In this document: piece by piece, positions 32,810 through 41,430 of the stretch
Layout: the number at the start of each line of letters is the position of its first letter
How positions within the stretch are numbered: the stretch's first letter is position 1
From: Candidatus Pampinifervens sinense
Lineage (GTDB): Bacteria; Aquificota; Aquificia; Aquificales; Aquificaceae
Assembly (NCBI GenBank): GCA_037927135.1
Contig: JAXSPP010000003.1
Coordinates: 104,471 to 167,524, forward strand
Direction of reading: 5' to 3'
Length of the DNA: 63,054 nt
Program-made: the position numbers and the translations under genes
Notes under the pieces: model-generated
Databases searched by the model: none
What the model was told of the DNA's origin: nothing
Seen by the model: only the letters and a program-made list of their open reading frames with translations

Positions 32810-34176
32810 ATAGTTCTGGAAAACCTTCTTTCCTTATTTGCCTTAATGTATTGGTCAAAGACCATGGCTATGTTCCTGATAAGTAGCCTACCCTCTGGCA
32901 AAACCTTTATGCTTCTGTCTTCTATCTTCAAAAGGCCATCCCTTTCCATATCCTTTAGGTCCTCAAGCTCTGCCGTAAAATGCTCCTCAAAGTCTATGTT
33001 GAACATCTTCTCTACCTTTTCAAAGCTACACTGGAAGTTGCACATAAGGTCCATTATCACCTCACGCCTTAGCATATCCTCTTCATTGAGTATGTAGCCA
33101 CGCATGGTGGGAAGCTTGCCTGCATCTATGGCCATGTAATACTCCCTTATGGTCTTGTAGTTTTGGAAGTAGGCATCGTAAAGCATACCAATGGAAGTGG
33201 CCCCTATGCCTATGAGGTCCACGCCCTTTTTGGTGGTATAGCCTTGGAAGTTCCTCCAAAGGGTGCCATCCCTCTGCGCCCTTGCCAATTCATCCTCCGG
33301 CTTGGCAAAGTGGTCCATGCCTATAAAGACATAGCCGTGCTTTTGGAATAGGTCTATGGTCATCTCCAAGATGGTGAGCTTGTCCTCTGGTGGTGGAAGG
33401 GTTGAAGGGTCTATCTTCCTCTGGAGGGGCTTTAGCCAAGGCACGTAGGCAAAGTTAAAGACGGCCACTCTGTCTGGGTCAAGCTCAATGGTCTTTTCTA
33501 TAGTTTCTTTGAACTTCTGAGGGGTTTGGTAGGGAAGGCCGTATATGAGGTCTATGTTTATGCTTTCAAAGCCAAGACTTCTGAGTTCTTTCATAACCTT
33601 TTGCATTAAATCGTAGGGCTGTATGCGGTTTATGGCCCTTTGCACCTCTGGGTCAAGGTCCTGAAGGCCCATGCTAACACGGTTAAAGCCTACCTCCCTT
33701 AAAGTCTCCAGTTGGCCCTCTGAAAGGTATCTTGGGTCAATCTCCACGCTTATCTCCGCATCCTTATCAATGTTAAAGACTTCCCTTATTCTTCCAAAGA
33801 GTTCTTTTATCTCCTCATTGGTAAGGAAGTTGGGTGTTCCTCCACCCCAATGAATCTGTACCACTGGCCTGGAGGTGTCAAGGTACTCTTTGAGTAGATC
33901 CATTTCCTTATACATATAGTCCAAATACCTCCTGCTTACATCTTTTCTGTGGGATATGATCACGTTGCACCCACAAAACCAGCATGCGCTCTCACAGAAG
34001 GGTATATGGAAGTAAAGGGATAAGGGCCTTCTTGTTACGTTGCTCTCCAAGAGCTTTCTCTTGTAGTCTTCTTCTTTTACACCTTCGTGGAATTCGGTGG
34101 CTGGAGGGTAGCTGGTGTATCTTGGTCCTGGTTTGTCATACTTCCTTATAAGCTCCTCATTAAAGATGGTTTTCAT
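32806..34176 (-). CDS. hemN: Oxygen-independent coproporphyrinogen III oxidase
   Basis: [22 protein letters not shown] (radical SAM), HWGGGTP, RNFQGY, RFSRTI. Confidence 0.96.
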   Translation of the reverse strand: MKTIFNEELIRKYDKPGPRYTSYPPATEFHEGVKEEDYKRKLLESNVTRRPLSLYFHIPFCESACWFCGCNVIISHRKDVSRRYLDYMYKEMDLLKEYLDTSRPVVQIHWGGGTPNFLTNEEIKELFGRIREVFNIDKDAEISVEIDPRYLSEGQLETLREVGFNRVSMGLQDLDPEVQRAINRIQPYDLMQKVMKELRSLGFESINIDLIYGLPYQTPQKFKETIEKTIELDPDRVAVFNFAYVPWLKPLQRKIDPSTLPPPEDKLTILEMTIDLFQKHGYVFIGMDHFAKPEDELARAQRDGTLWRNFQGYTTKKGVDLIGIGATSIGMLYDAYFQNYKTIREYYMAIDAGKLPTMRGYILNEEDMLRREVIMDLMCNFQCSFEKVEKMFNIDFEEHFTAELEDLKDMERDGLLKIEDRSIKVLPEGRLLIRNIAMVFDQYIKANKERRFSRTI

Positions 34177-34200
34177 AAGGATTAAATATAGTCTTTTTTG

Positions 34201-34220
34201 AGAAAGGGAGCAAAGCCCCC
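34201..34220 (-). terminator. Possible intrinsic terminator after the rhodanese gene
   Basis: Minus strand GGGGGC-TTT-GCTCCC hairpin followed by TTTCT. Confidence 0.45.
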
Positions 34221-34227
34221 AAGGGTG

Positions 34228-34698
34228 TTATTTTACGTAATCCGTTGCTGTCCTTCCTATTTCCTTGGCCAATTCTACATTTCCTCCCTTTAGTTGATAG
34301 GCATTGTTAAAGCCCAAAGCCCTCAAAGCTGTTACCACAGCAGCTGCCCTATCACCTGTATGGCATACTACTACTATCTTTTTATCTTTTGGAAGTTTGT
34401 TAAGGTTTTCTTCCTTAAATAGCTCATGCATGGGTATGTAAAGGGTGTTTTTCCACCTTGGCCCTACTATGGCCTGCTCTGCGGGCGTTCTCACATCAAG
34501 CAATACAAAATCCTCACCCTTTTTTATCATCTCAAGAAGCTGCTTGACTGTTATCTGACATGGCCTTTGCTTTAGAACCTCTGGGGTCATTTGGGAGAAC
34601 ATAGCATCAAAGCGCTTTGCCAACTCCTTATCATAGGATAGCGCAGTTCCAGAAAGCATTACCGAGCCTATCACAAGGGCTAAAAGAGCCTTTTTCAT
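34228..34698 (-). CDS. Exported single-domain rhodanese (sulfurtransferase)
   Basis: Sec signal peptide MKKALLALVIG...ALS, LLDVRTPAE, active-site loop CHTGDRA, LKGG. Confidence 0.88.
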   Translation of the reverse strand: MKKALLALVIGSVMLSGTALSYDKELAKRFDAMFSQMTPEVLKQRPCQITVKQLLEMIKKGEDFVLLDVRTPAEQAIVGPRWKNTLYIPMHELFKEENLNKLPKDKKIVVVCHTGDRAAAVVTALRALGFNNAYQLKGGNVELAKEIGRTATDYVK

Positions 34699-34734
34699 GG
34701 CCTACCTCCTTGTATGATTTTTATCATTTATTAG

Positions 34735-34763
34735 AATATAAGAAATTCTTAATATAATGTCAA
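34735..34763 (-). promoter_or_regulatory. Sigma-70 promoter of the rhodanese gene with overlapping palindromic operator
   Basis: TTGACA (34763-34758), 17 nt, TATATT (34740-34735); TAAGAA-A-TTCTTA palindrome at 34739-34751. Confidence 0.7.
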
Positions 34764-35029
34764 GTTAATTTTGAGATAAACAATGTAGTGGCACGTTGGC
34801 ACGTGCATTCAAATATCGTAAGTTCTAAACCCACCCAATGATTTCTGATAGGTTATAAACCTGCCACTATTGGCACTATGCATGGTGCCATTACAAACGG
34901 ATTTTTCGCTCTGTGTATAAGAACATTCTAATTTTGATACTTTTAAAGCTTATCATTGAAAAGTTCTATGGATTATCTTTCATACATCCCTTATTTTATA
35001 AGTCAAGGCTCTAAAAAGGAGGTGTAAAG

Positions 35030-38000
35030 ATGGAGCTTACCAGGCGAAGTTTTCTTAAAGTGGCGGGTGTATCGGCAGGAGCTACTCTTGCTGGAGGGCT
35101 TGGCTTTGACCTTAAGCCAGCCATGGCAAGGGTAAGGGACCTAAAGATTTCCAATGCAAAAGCTGTAAAGAGCATATGCCCCTATTGCTCGGTTTCCTGC
35201 GGAGTTATCATATACACTCTAACCGATGGTTCTATGAACGCAAAGCCTCGGGTTATCCATGTGGAGGGCAACCCCGATGACCCAGTAAATAGAGGAACCC
35301 TATGCCCCAAGGGCGCCACATTGAAGGATTTTATAAACTCACCCAACAGGCTTAAAAAGCCTCTATATAGGCCTGCCGGCTCAAAGGAATGGAAGGAAAT
35401 AAGCTGGGAAGAGGCTCTTGACAGAATAGCCAAGCTCATAAAGGATACAAGGGACAGGACCTTTATAGAGAGGGATGATCAGGGCAGGCTTGTAAACAGA
35501 TGTGAAAGTATAGCATGGATAGAGGGAAGCACCCTAGGCAACGAGGAGGGCTATCTGTGGGTTAAGATGGGGGTAGCCTTGGGGCTTGTGGCAAGAGAAA
35601 CTCAGGCGCGAATATGACACGCACCAACGGTGGCCAGTTTGGCCCCAAGGTTTGGAAGAGGTGCGATGACCAATGGATGGACAGATATTAAAAACGCAGA
35701 CCTCATACTGGTTATGGGAGGAAACCCTGCGGAAAACCATCCATGCGGTTTCAAATGGGCCATAAAGGCTCGCCAAGAGAGGGGAGCAAAGATCATATGC
35801 ATTGACCCAAGGTTCAACAGGACAGCTGCCGTATCGGACATATTCCTTCAGATAAGGCCAGGATCGGACCTTGTCTTTATGGGTGGTCTTATAAACTATG
35901 TGCTTCAAAACAAGAAGTATAACGAAGAGTACGTAAAGCACTTTACAAACGCCTCATACATAGTAAAGGATACGTATAGCTTTGACCCGCAGACAGGTCT
36001 ATTCTCGGGCTACGACCCTGAAAAGAGAAAGTATGACCAATCCCTTTGGAGCTATGAGCTTGATGAGAATGGTATGGTCAAAAAGGATATGACCTTACAG
36101 CACCCAAGGTGTGTATTCCAGCTTATGAAGCAGTTCTATTCAAGATATACACCGGAGGTGGTGGAGAAGCTCACCGGCATTCCCAAGGATAAGTTCCTTG
36201 AGGTGGCAAAGCTTATAGCGGAAACCAGCGCTCCAGATAAGTCTATGACACACCTCTATGCCCTTGGGTGGACGCATCACTCCATAGGAACACAGCTTAT
36301 AGGCTCCATGGCCATACTTCAGCTCCTTCTTGGCAACATAGGTGTGCCGGGTGGTGGTGTAAACGCTCTTAGGGGTCACGCCAACGTGCAAGGTATGACG
36401 GACTTGGCTGGAGAAGGTAGATTCCTACCGGGCTACCTAAAGCCTCCTCTTGCAACCCAGCAAAGCCTCAAGGACCACATAGAGGCAAACACTCCAAAGG
36501 CTGTGGATACTTCCATGAACTACTGGTCAAATTACGGCAAGTTCTACGTTAGCCTTCTCAAGGCATGGTTTGGAGATGCGGCCACTCCAGAAAACGAGTT
36601 TGCCTACCATTACCTACCAAAGATTGAAAAAGTAATAGCCATGGATGAGATACTGGATAGGATGTACAGGGGCAAGATGGAAGGCCTTGTATCAGTTGGT
36701 ATGAACATACTGGCAAGCAATCCCAACGTTAAGAAGATAGCGGAAGGCCTTGGAAAGCTAAAGTGGATGGTGGTTATAGATGTCTTTGAGACGGAAATGG
36801 CCGCCTTTTGGAAGTATGTGGATGACCCCTCAAAGGTGCAAACCGAAGTCTTTTTACTGCCTTCTGCCTTGTTTGCGGAGAAGGAAGGTTCCTTTACCAA
36901 CAGCGGGCGTGTCATAAAGTGGAAGTATAAGGCTGTGGACCCGCCAGGAGAGGCAAAGGATGAGTTTTGGATAGCTGGACAACTCTTTATGAGGATAAGA
37001 CAGCTCTATAAGAAGGAAGGTGGCAAATTCCCAGACCCCATACTTAACCTAACTTGGAACTTCCAAAACCCCTACTATCCAACTGCAGAAGAGGTTTTAA
37101 GGGAGATGAACGGCTACGCCCTTGCAGACATAACGGATGACAAGGGCAACGTGGTGGTTAAGAAGGAGGAAAGGGTGCCGGGCTTTGCGGTGCTAAAGGA
37201 TGATGGAACCACAGCTTGTGGTATGTGGCTCTATTCGGGTGTGTTCCCTCAGACGGGCAACAGGGCAAAATCCACAGACCTCTCAGACCCCTCTGGCCTT
37301 GGTGTATACCCGGGCTATGGCTTTAGCTGGCCAGCCAACAGGAGGATACTTTACAACAGAGCCTCCGCAGACCCAAGCGGAAAGCCGTGGAGCGAGAAGA
37401 AAAAGTACATATGGTGGAATGAGGCAGAAGGCAAATGGGTTGGCTACGATGTGCCAGACATAAAGCCAGACTTGCCCCCCGATTATGGTCCCTTTATCAT
37501 GCTTCCAGAAGGTAGAGGTAGGCTCTTCTGTGCACCCCTTGTGGATGGGCCCTTCCCAGAACATTACGAACCCTTTGAATCTCCAGTGGAAAACATACTA
37601 CACCCCAAAACACCCCACAACCCAGTGGTAAAGATATACAAATCGGACCTTGACCTCCTTGGAAAGCCAGACGAATACCCATACGTGGCAACCACCTATA
37701 GGGTGGTGGAACACTTCCACTATTGGACAAAGCATATATATGGTCCTTCTGCCCTGGTGCCAAAGATGTTTATTGAGCTTCCAGAGGAACTGGCCAAAGA
37801 GCTTGGCATAAAGGAGGGTGATATAATTAGAGTCAGCACTGCAAGAGGTTCTGCCGAAGGCTATGCCTTGCCCACAAAAAGGATAAAGCCCCTTATAATA
37901 AACGGCAAAAAGGTTTATACCATTGGTATTCCCATACACTGGGGCAACGAGGGAGTGGTAAAAGGTGCCCTTGCCAACATGATCACCCCCCTTTGTGTGG

Positions 38001-38066
38001 GACCCCAACTCACAAACGCCAGAGTTTAAGGGCTTTTTGTGCAAGATAGAAAAGGTAAAAGCATAG
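35030..38066 (+). CDS. fdnG: Formate dehydrogenase-N/O alpha subunit, selenocysteine-containing (UGA 35615-35617), with an apparent +1 frameshift at 37986-37991
   Basis: Tat motif TRRSFLK, CPYCSVSC...C cluster, QARI-UGA-HAPTV at the Sec position, LRGHANVQG. The conserved C-terminus FVWDPNSQTPEFKGFLCKIEK lies in a shifted frame ending at TAG 38066. Confidence 0.93.
35615..35650 (+). promoter_or_regulatory. Bacterial SECIS element
   Basis: TGA followed 14 nt later by hairpin GGCCA-GTT-TGGCC (35632-35644), with G at the start of the apical loop as in fdnG-type SECIS elements. Confidence 0.75.
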
Positions 38067-38078
38067 GGAGGTAAAAAG

Positions 38079-38969
38079 ATGGCTACAGTAACCACAGAAG
38101 GAACTGTAGGTTTGGGGCTGAGGCGGGTATCCGCCTCCAAGCTCCCAGATCAAAACATAAAGCAGGCAGACCAGCTTGCCATACTTGTGGATGTATCCAG
38201 CTGTATAGGATGTAAGGCCTGTGAGGCTGCATGCTCCCAATGGCACGACCTAAAGCCACCACTTTATACGGAAGAAAAGATATTTACGGGCTATCAATCT
38301 GGCCCCGGCTTGGCACCAAACCTCTTTATGTACATGCGATTCCAAGAAGTAGAAACCCCTAATGGTCTTGTTTGGGCCATAACCAAGTACCAGTGTATGC
38401 ATTGTTCAGACCCTGGCTGTCTTAAAGCTTGCCCCTCGCCGGGTGCGGTTATCCAGTATGCCAATGGAATTGTGGACTTTGACCATTCTAAGTGTATAGG
38501 CTGTAAGTTCTGTCTGGCCGGTTGTCCTTTTGACGTGCCAAGGTATGATGCTAACAACAAACCTTGGAAGTGCAACTTTTGCATTGATAGGATTTCTGCC
38601 GGGCTTGAGCCCATGTGTGTAAAAACATGTCCTACAAATGCCCTTCACTTTGGAACAAAAGAGGAGATGCTCCTAAGGGCTAACAAGCTTCTGGAAGGGC
38701 TAAAGAAGAGAGGTTTTGATAAGGCTGCCATATACGATCCTAAGGGTGTGGGTGGCACGGGCTACATATACCTTTTACCCCATGGCGACAAGCCAGAGAT
38801 ATATGGCCTTCCAAAGGAGGCAAGCATATCACCCCTTATAAGCCTATGGAAAGGTCCTATAAAGCTCCTTGGTTCTATCATCCTTTGGGGCACACTCCTT
38901 GGAGCCTTCCTACAGCTCATACTCTTTGGGCCCATAAAGGTGGGCAAGAAGCATAAAAAGGAGGAGTAG
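38079..38969 (+). CDS. fdnH: Formate dehydrogenase iron-sulfur (beta) subunit
   Basis: CIGCKACEAAC, CMHCSDPGCLKACP, CIGCKFCLAGCP, KCNFC...CVKTCP; C-terminal TM helix. Confidence 0.95.
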   Translation: MATVTTEGTVGLGLRRVSASKLPDQNIKQADQLAILVDVSSCIGCKACEAACSQWHDLKPPLYTEEKIFTGYQSGPGLAPNLFMYMRFQEVETPNGLVWAITKYQCMHCSDPGCLKACPSPGAVIQYANGIVDFDHSKCIGCKFCLAGCPFDVPRYDANNKPWKCNFCIDRISAGLEPMCVKTCPTNALHFGTKEEMLLRANKLLEGLKKRGFDKAAIYDPKGVGGTGYIYLLPHGDKPEIYGLPKEASISPLISLWKGPIKLLGSIILWGTLLGAFLQLILFGPIKVGKKHKKEE

Positions 38970-38971
38970 TC

Positions 38972-39604
38972 ATGGAAGAGATAAAGAACTTGGAAGAGAT
39001 GGAAGTGGAAAGGTTTTCCAGGTTTGATAGGTTTGTGCATTGGCTTACAGCGGTGCCCTTTGTTTACCTTTTCCTATCTGGACTTGGCATGTATTCTCCC
39101 AAGTTTGCCTGGCTTCTGCCTTTCCTCGGTGGAAAAGAGTTCTCCGCATGGCTTCACAAATGGGCTGGTGTGGTCTTTTCCATAGGTGTGCTTCTTATGT
39201 TCCTAAGGTGGGCAAAGGACTTTATCCTTGACAGCGACGACATAAGATGGCTTTCCAATGTAAAGTACTACATAAAAGGCGAGGAAGAAAAACTTCCAGA
39301 GGCGGGCAAATACAACGCAGGGCAAAAAATCTTTGGCTGGATGGTCTTTATAGGTGGTGCGGTCTTTCTTATAACCGGCATAGTCATGTGGTTTCCCGAG
39401 AGCTTTTCCATAAACCTTGTGAGGCTTGCCATACTTTTACATACCATTGCCTTCATAGTGGTGGGTGCCGGTTTTATAATCCACGTGTATATGGGAACGA
39501 TTGGAGTGCCTGGCTCTCTGTCCAGCATGATAACGGGGAAAGTGTCAGCCCTGTGGGCTGCCTCTCACCATCCTAAGTGGTTCAAAGAAATAATAAGGAG
39601 GTAG
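38972..39604 (+). CDS. fdnI: Formate dehydrogenase cytochrome b (gamma) subunit
   Basis: RFVHW, HKWAG, GKYNAGQK, IIHVYM, WAASHHPKW. Confidence 0.95.
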   Translation: MEEIKNLEEMEVERFSRFDRFVHWLTAVPFVYLFLSGLGMYSPKFAWLLPFLGGKEFSAWLHKWAGVVFSIGVLLMFLRWAKDFILDSDDIRWLSNVKYYIKGEEEKLPEAGKYNAGQKIFGWMVFIGGAVFLITGIVMWFPESFSINLVRLAILLHTIAFIVVGAGFIIHVYMGTIGVPGSLSSMITGKVSALWAASHHPKWFKEIIRR

Positions 39605-39679
39605 CTTAGATGAAGAGATTATGGATTTTGGGGCTTTTCCTTTACCCAGGATAGCCTGCGGTGTTATAAGGTTGGCGAG

Positions 39680-40447
39680 ATGAAGATAGGGATATTTAAG
39701 CAAAGAGAAAAGGAATATGCCCTTGAGAGGCTAAGGGTCTTGAAAGGAAAGTATCCTGAGGCCTTAGAGGTCCTAAACTTCTATGAACATATCCTTAGGT
39801 ATCAAAAGGAAGCCTATCAATCTATCAAGGATAAGGATTGGCGCAAGGGCATAAAGTGGTTCTATAGGTTGCTGGATGTATGCATGGAACATGGCAATGA
39901 GGAAATCTTCAAAAGGGCGGAGGAGTTTAAGGGCTTAGAAAAGGTGGTCCTTGAGAAGATGATAGGCGACTTTATAAAGGAAAAGAAGGCAGACCCCATA
40001 GATAGGTTCCTTTTTCTTTCCTTCTTAAACCCCTTTTATGAGCGCCTTGCGGAAAGTATGGACATTGATAAAGAAAACTGGCTAAAAACCAAGTGTCCTG
40101 TGTGCGGCTTTAAGCCTTCCGTGTCTTACATAGCGGATAGCCAAGAGGTGGAAGGTGGAAGATTTTTGCGTTGCGTGCTTTGTAATACAGACTGGCTCTA
40201 CAACAGGAACAGGTGTGTAAACTGTGGCAATGAGGACGATAAGGAGATGGACTACTATTATCAAGAAGATAATAAGGCTGTCCAGCTACAGGTGTGTCAA
40301 AAGTGCGGGCATTACATAAAGCTTATAGATATGCGATTGGATGGCCTTGCGGTACCACATGTAGATGATGTGGCAACTCTCGTGCTTGACCTTTGGGCAA
40401 AGGAAAGGGGCTTTGTCAAGTTTGAAGACAATGTATTTGGCCTATGA
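39680..40447 (+). CDS. fdhE: Formate dehydrogenase accessory protein
   Basis: CPVCG, RFLRCVLCNTDW, RCVNCGN, CQKCGHYIK, DDVATLVLD. Confidence 0.92.
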   Translation: MKIGIFKQREKEYALERLRVLKGKYPEALEVLNFYEHILRYQKEAYQSIKDKDWRKGIKWFYRLLDVCMEHGNEEIFKRAEEFKGLEKVVLEKMIGDFIKEKKADPIDRFLFLSFLNPFYERLAESMDIDKENWLKTKCPVCGFKPSVSYIADSQEVEGGRFLRCVLCNTDWLYNRNRCVNCGNEDDKEMDYYYQEDNKAVQLQVCQKCGHYIKLIDMRLDGLAVPHVDDVATLVLDLWAKERGFVKFEDNVFGL

Positions 40448-40965
40448 TAGACAGAAGAACTATTATTGGCCTTTTGTGTTCTTTACCCTTGCTTGCTAGA
40501 GCGAAGAGTATGGATATAGTTGTCTTAAGCTGCGTTATAAAAAGGGACAGGCTCTACAGGATAGATGAGGAGAGGATGCTCTTCCAGTGGGTAAAGGAAG
40601 AAGGCCCTAATATATACTCTGTAGGCTTTATGCAGGTGCTCTCTTCCTTGGTATACCCCCTCTATGCTATAAGGATAAAGCCAGTCAACACTGTTGTGGA
40701 GTACGATGGAAACCTTGCGGTAGTTGAGTCTGGTAAAAGGGTATCTACCTTTCCAAGCCCCTTAAGCGGGAGAATAGTAGAAGCCAACAAGGCCCTTGAA
40801 AAGGATCCATCTCCCATAGTAAATAAGCCTTATGATAGCTGGATTGTGAAGATAAAGGCGGACAAGCCGGAGGAGCTAAAGAGGCTAAAAAAAGCGGAAG
40901 ATATAGCGGAAAAGGTAAAGGCTATAATAATCCGTGAGAAGATTGAGTGTCTTCCAAAGAGTTAA
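40444..40965 (+). CDS. GcvH-like lipoyl-carrier-fold protein with twin-arginine-like N-terminus
   Basis: VESGK (lipoyl-lysine position), SPLSGRIVEAN, PYDSWIVKI; N-terminal DRRTIIGLLCSLPLLARA. Confidence 0.75.
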   Translation: MIDRRTIIGLLCSLPLLARAKSMDIVVLSCVIKRDRLYRIDEERMLFQWVKEEGPNIYSVGFMQVLSSLVYPLYAIRIKPVNTVVEYDGNLAVVESGKRVSTFPSPLSGRIVEANKALEKDPSPIVNKPYDSWIVKIKADKPEELKRLKKAEDIAEKVKAIIIREKIECLPKS

Positions 40966-41061
40966 GGGAGAGCTTGACGCGCTGGTGCGGTCCCGGGACT
41001 TCAAATCCCGTGAGGGGCCCTGAAAAGGGTCCCTGGAGGGTTCGATTCCCTCGCTCTCCCG
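40966..41061 (+). tRNA. selC: tRNA-Sec (TCA), CCA not encoded
   Basis: 8-bp acceptor stem GGGAGAGC/GCTCTCCC, anticodon arm CGGGA-CTTCAAA-TCCCG (TCA at 41001-41003), long variable arm, GGTTCGATTCC T-loop, discriminator G. Confidence 0.95.
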
Positions 41062-41077
41062 TTGTATAATTAGAGCT

Positions 41078-41410
41078 ATGAAGGTGTCTGAGTATGTGGA
41101 AAAGGGCCTAAAAAACCTGGTGGAGGAGAGGCCTGAGGGCTACATGGAGCTTGGCAAATGCACCTCTGGATGTCATTCGGTGTCCTTTTTTATTAAGGGG
41201 ACTCCCGAGAAGGTAGAAGATATAAAGTTTAAGGCTACAAAAAGATGTAAAAAGCTCCTTGCGGTGGCAGACTTTGTGGCACAAAAGATCAAAGAGAGGG
41301 GAAAGGTGGAGCTAAAAGAAGAAGAGGTCTTAAGCTACTTCTCCGATGAGAAGGAACAGGATAAGCTAAAAGACAGGCTAAACATAGTAAAGACAGCCCT
41401 TGGGCTTTAG
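41078..41410 (+). CDS. Small IscU/NifU-N-like fold protein
   Basis: GKCTSGCHSVSFFIKG...VEDIKFKATKRCKKLLAVA resembles the IscU CGD...DAKF...GC pattern but is divergent. Confidence 0.5.
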   Translation: MKVSEYVEKGLKNLVEERPEGYMELGKCTSGCHSVSFFIKGTPEKVEDIKFKATKRCKKLLAVADFVAQKIKERGKVELKEEEVLSYFSDEKEQDKLKDRLNIVKTALGL

Positions 41411-41430
41411 AAGAAATTATAATTAACCTT

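Noticed and set aside
34789-34890. TGGCAC motifs as sigma-54 promoters for fdh
   Set aside because: None has TTGC at the -12 spacing on either strand; retained only as possible operator sites.
35030-35617. fdnG as two separate ORFs or a nonsense pseudogene at TGA 35615
   Set aside because: The UGA is at the conserved Sec position, is followed by a SECIS hairpin, and tRNA-Sec is encoded nearby.
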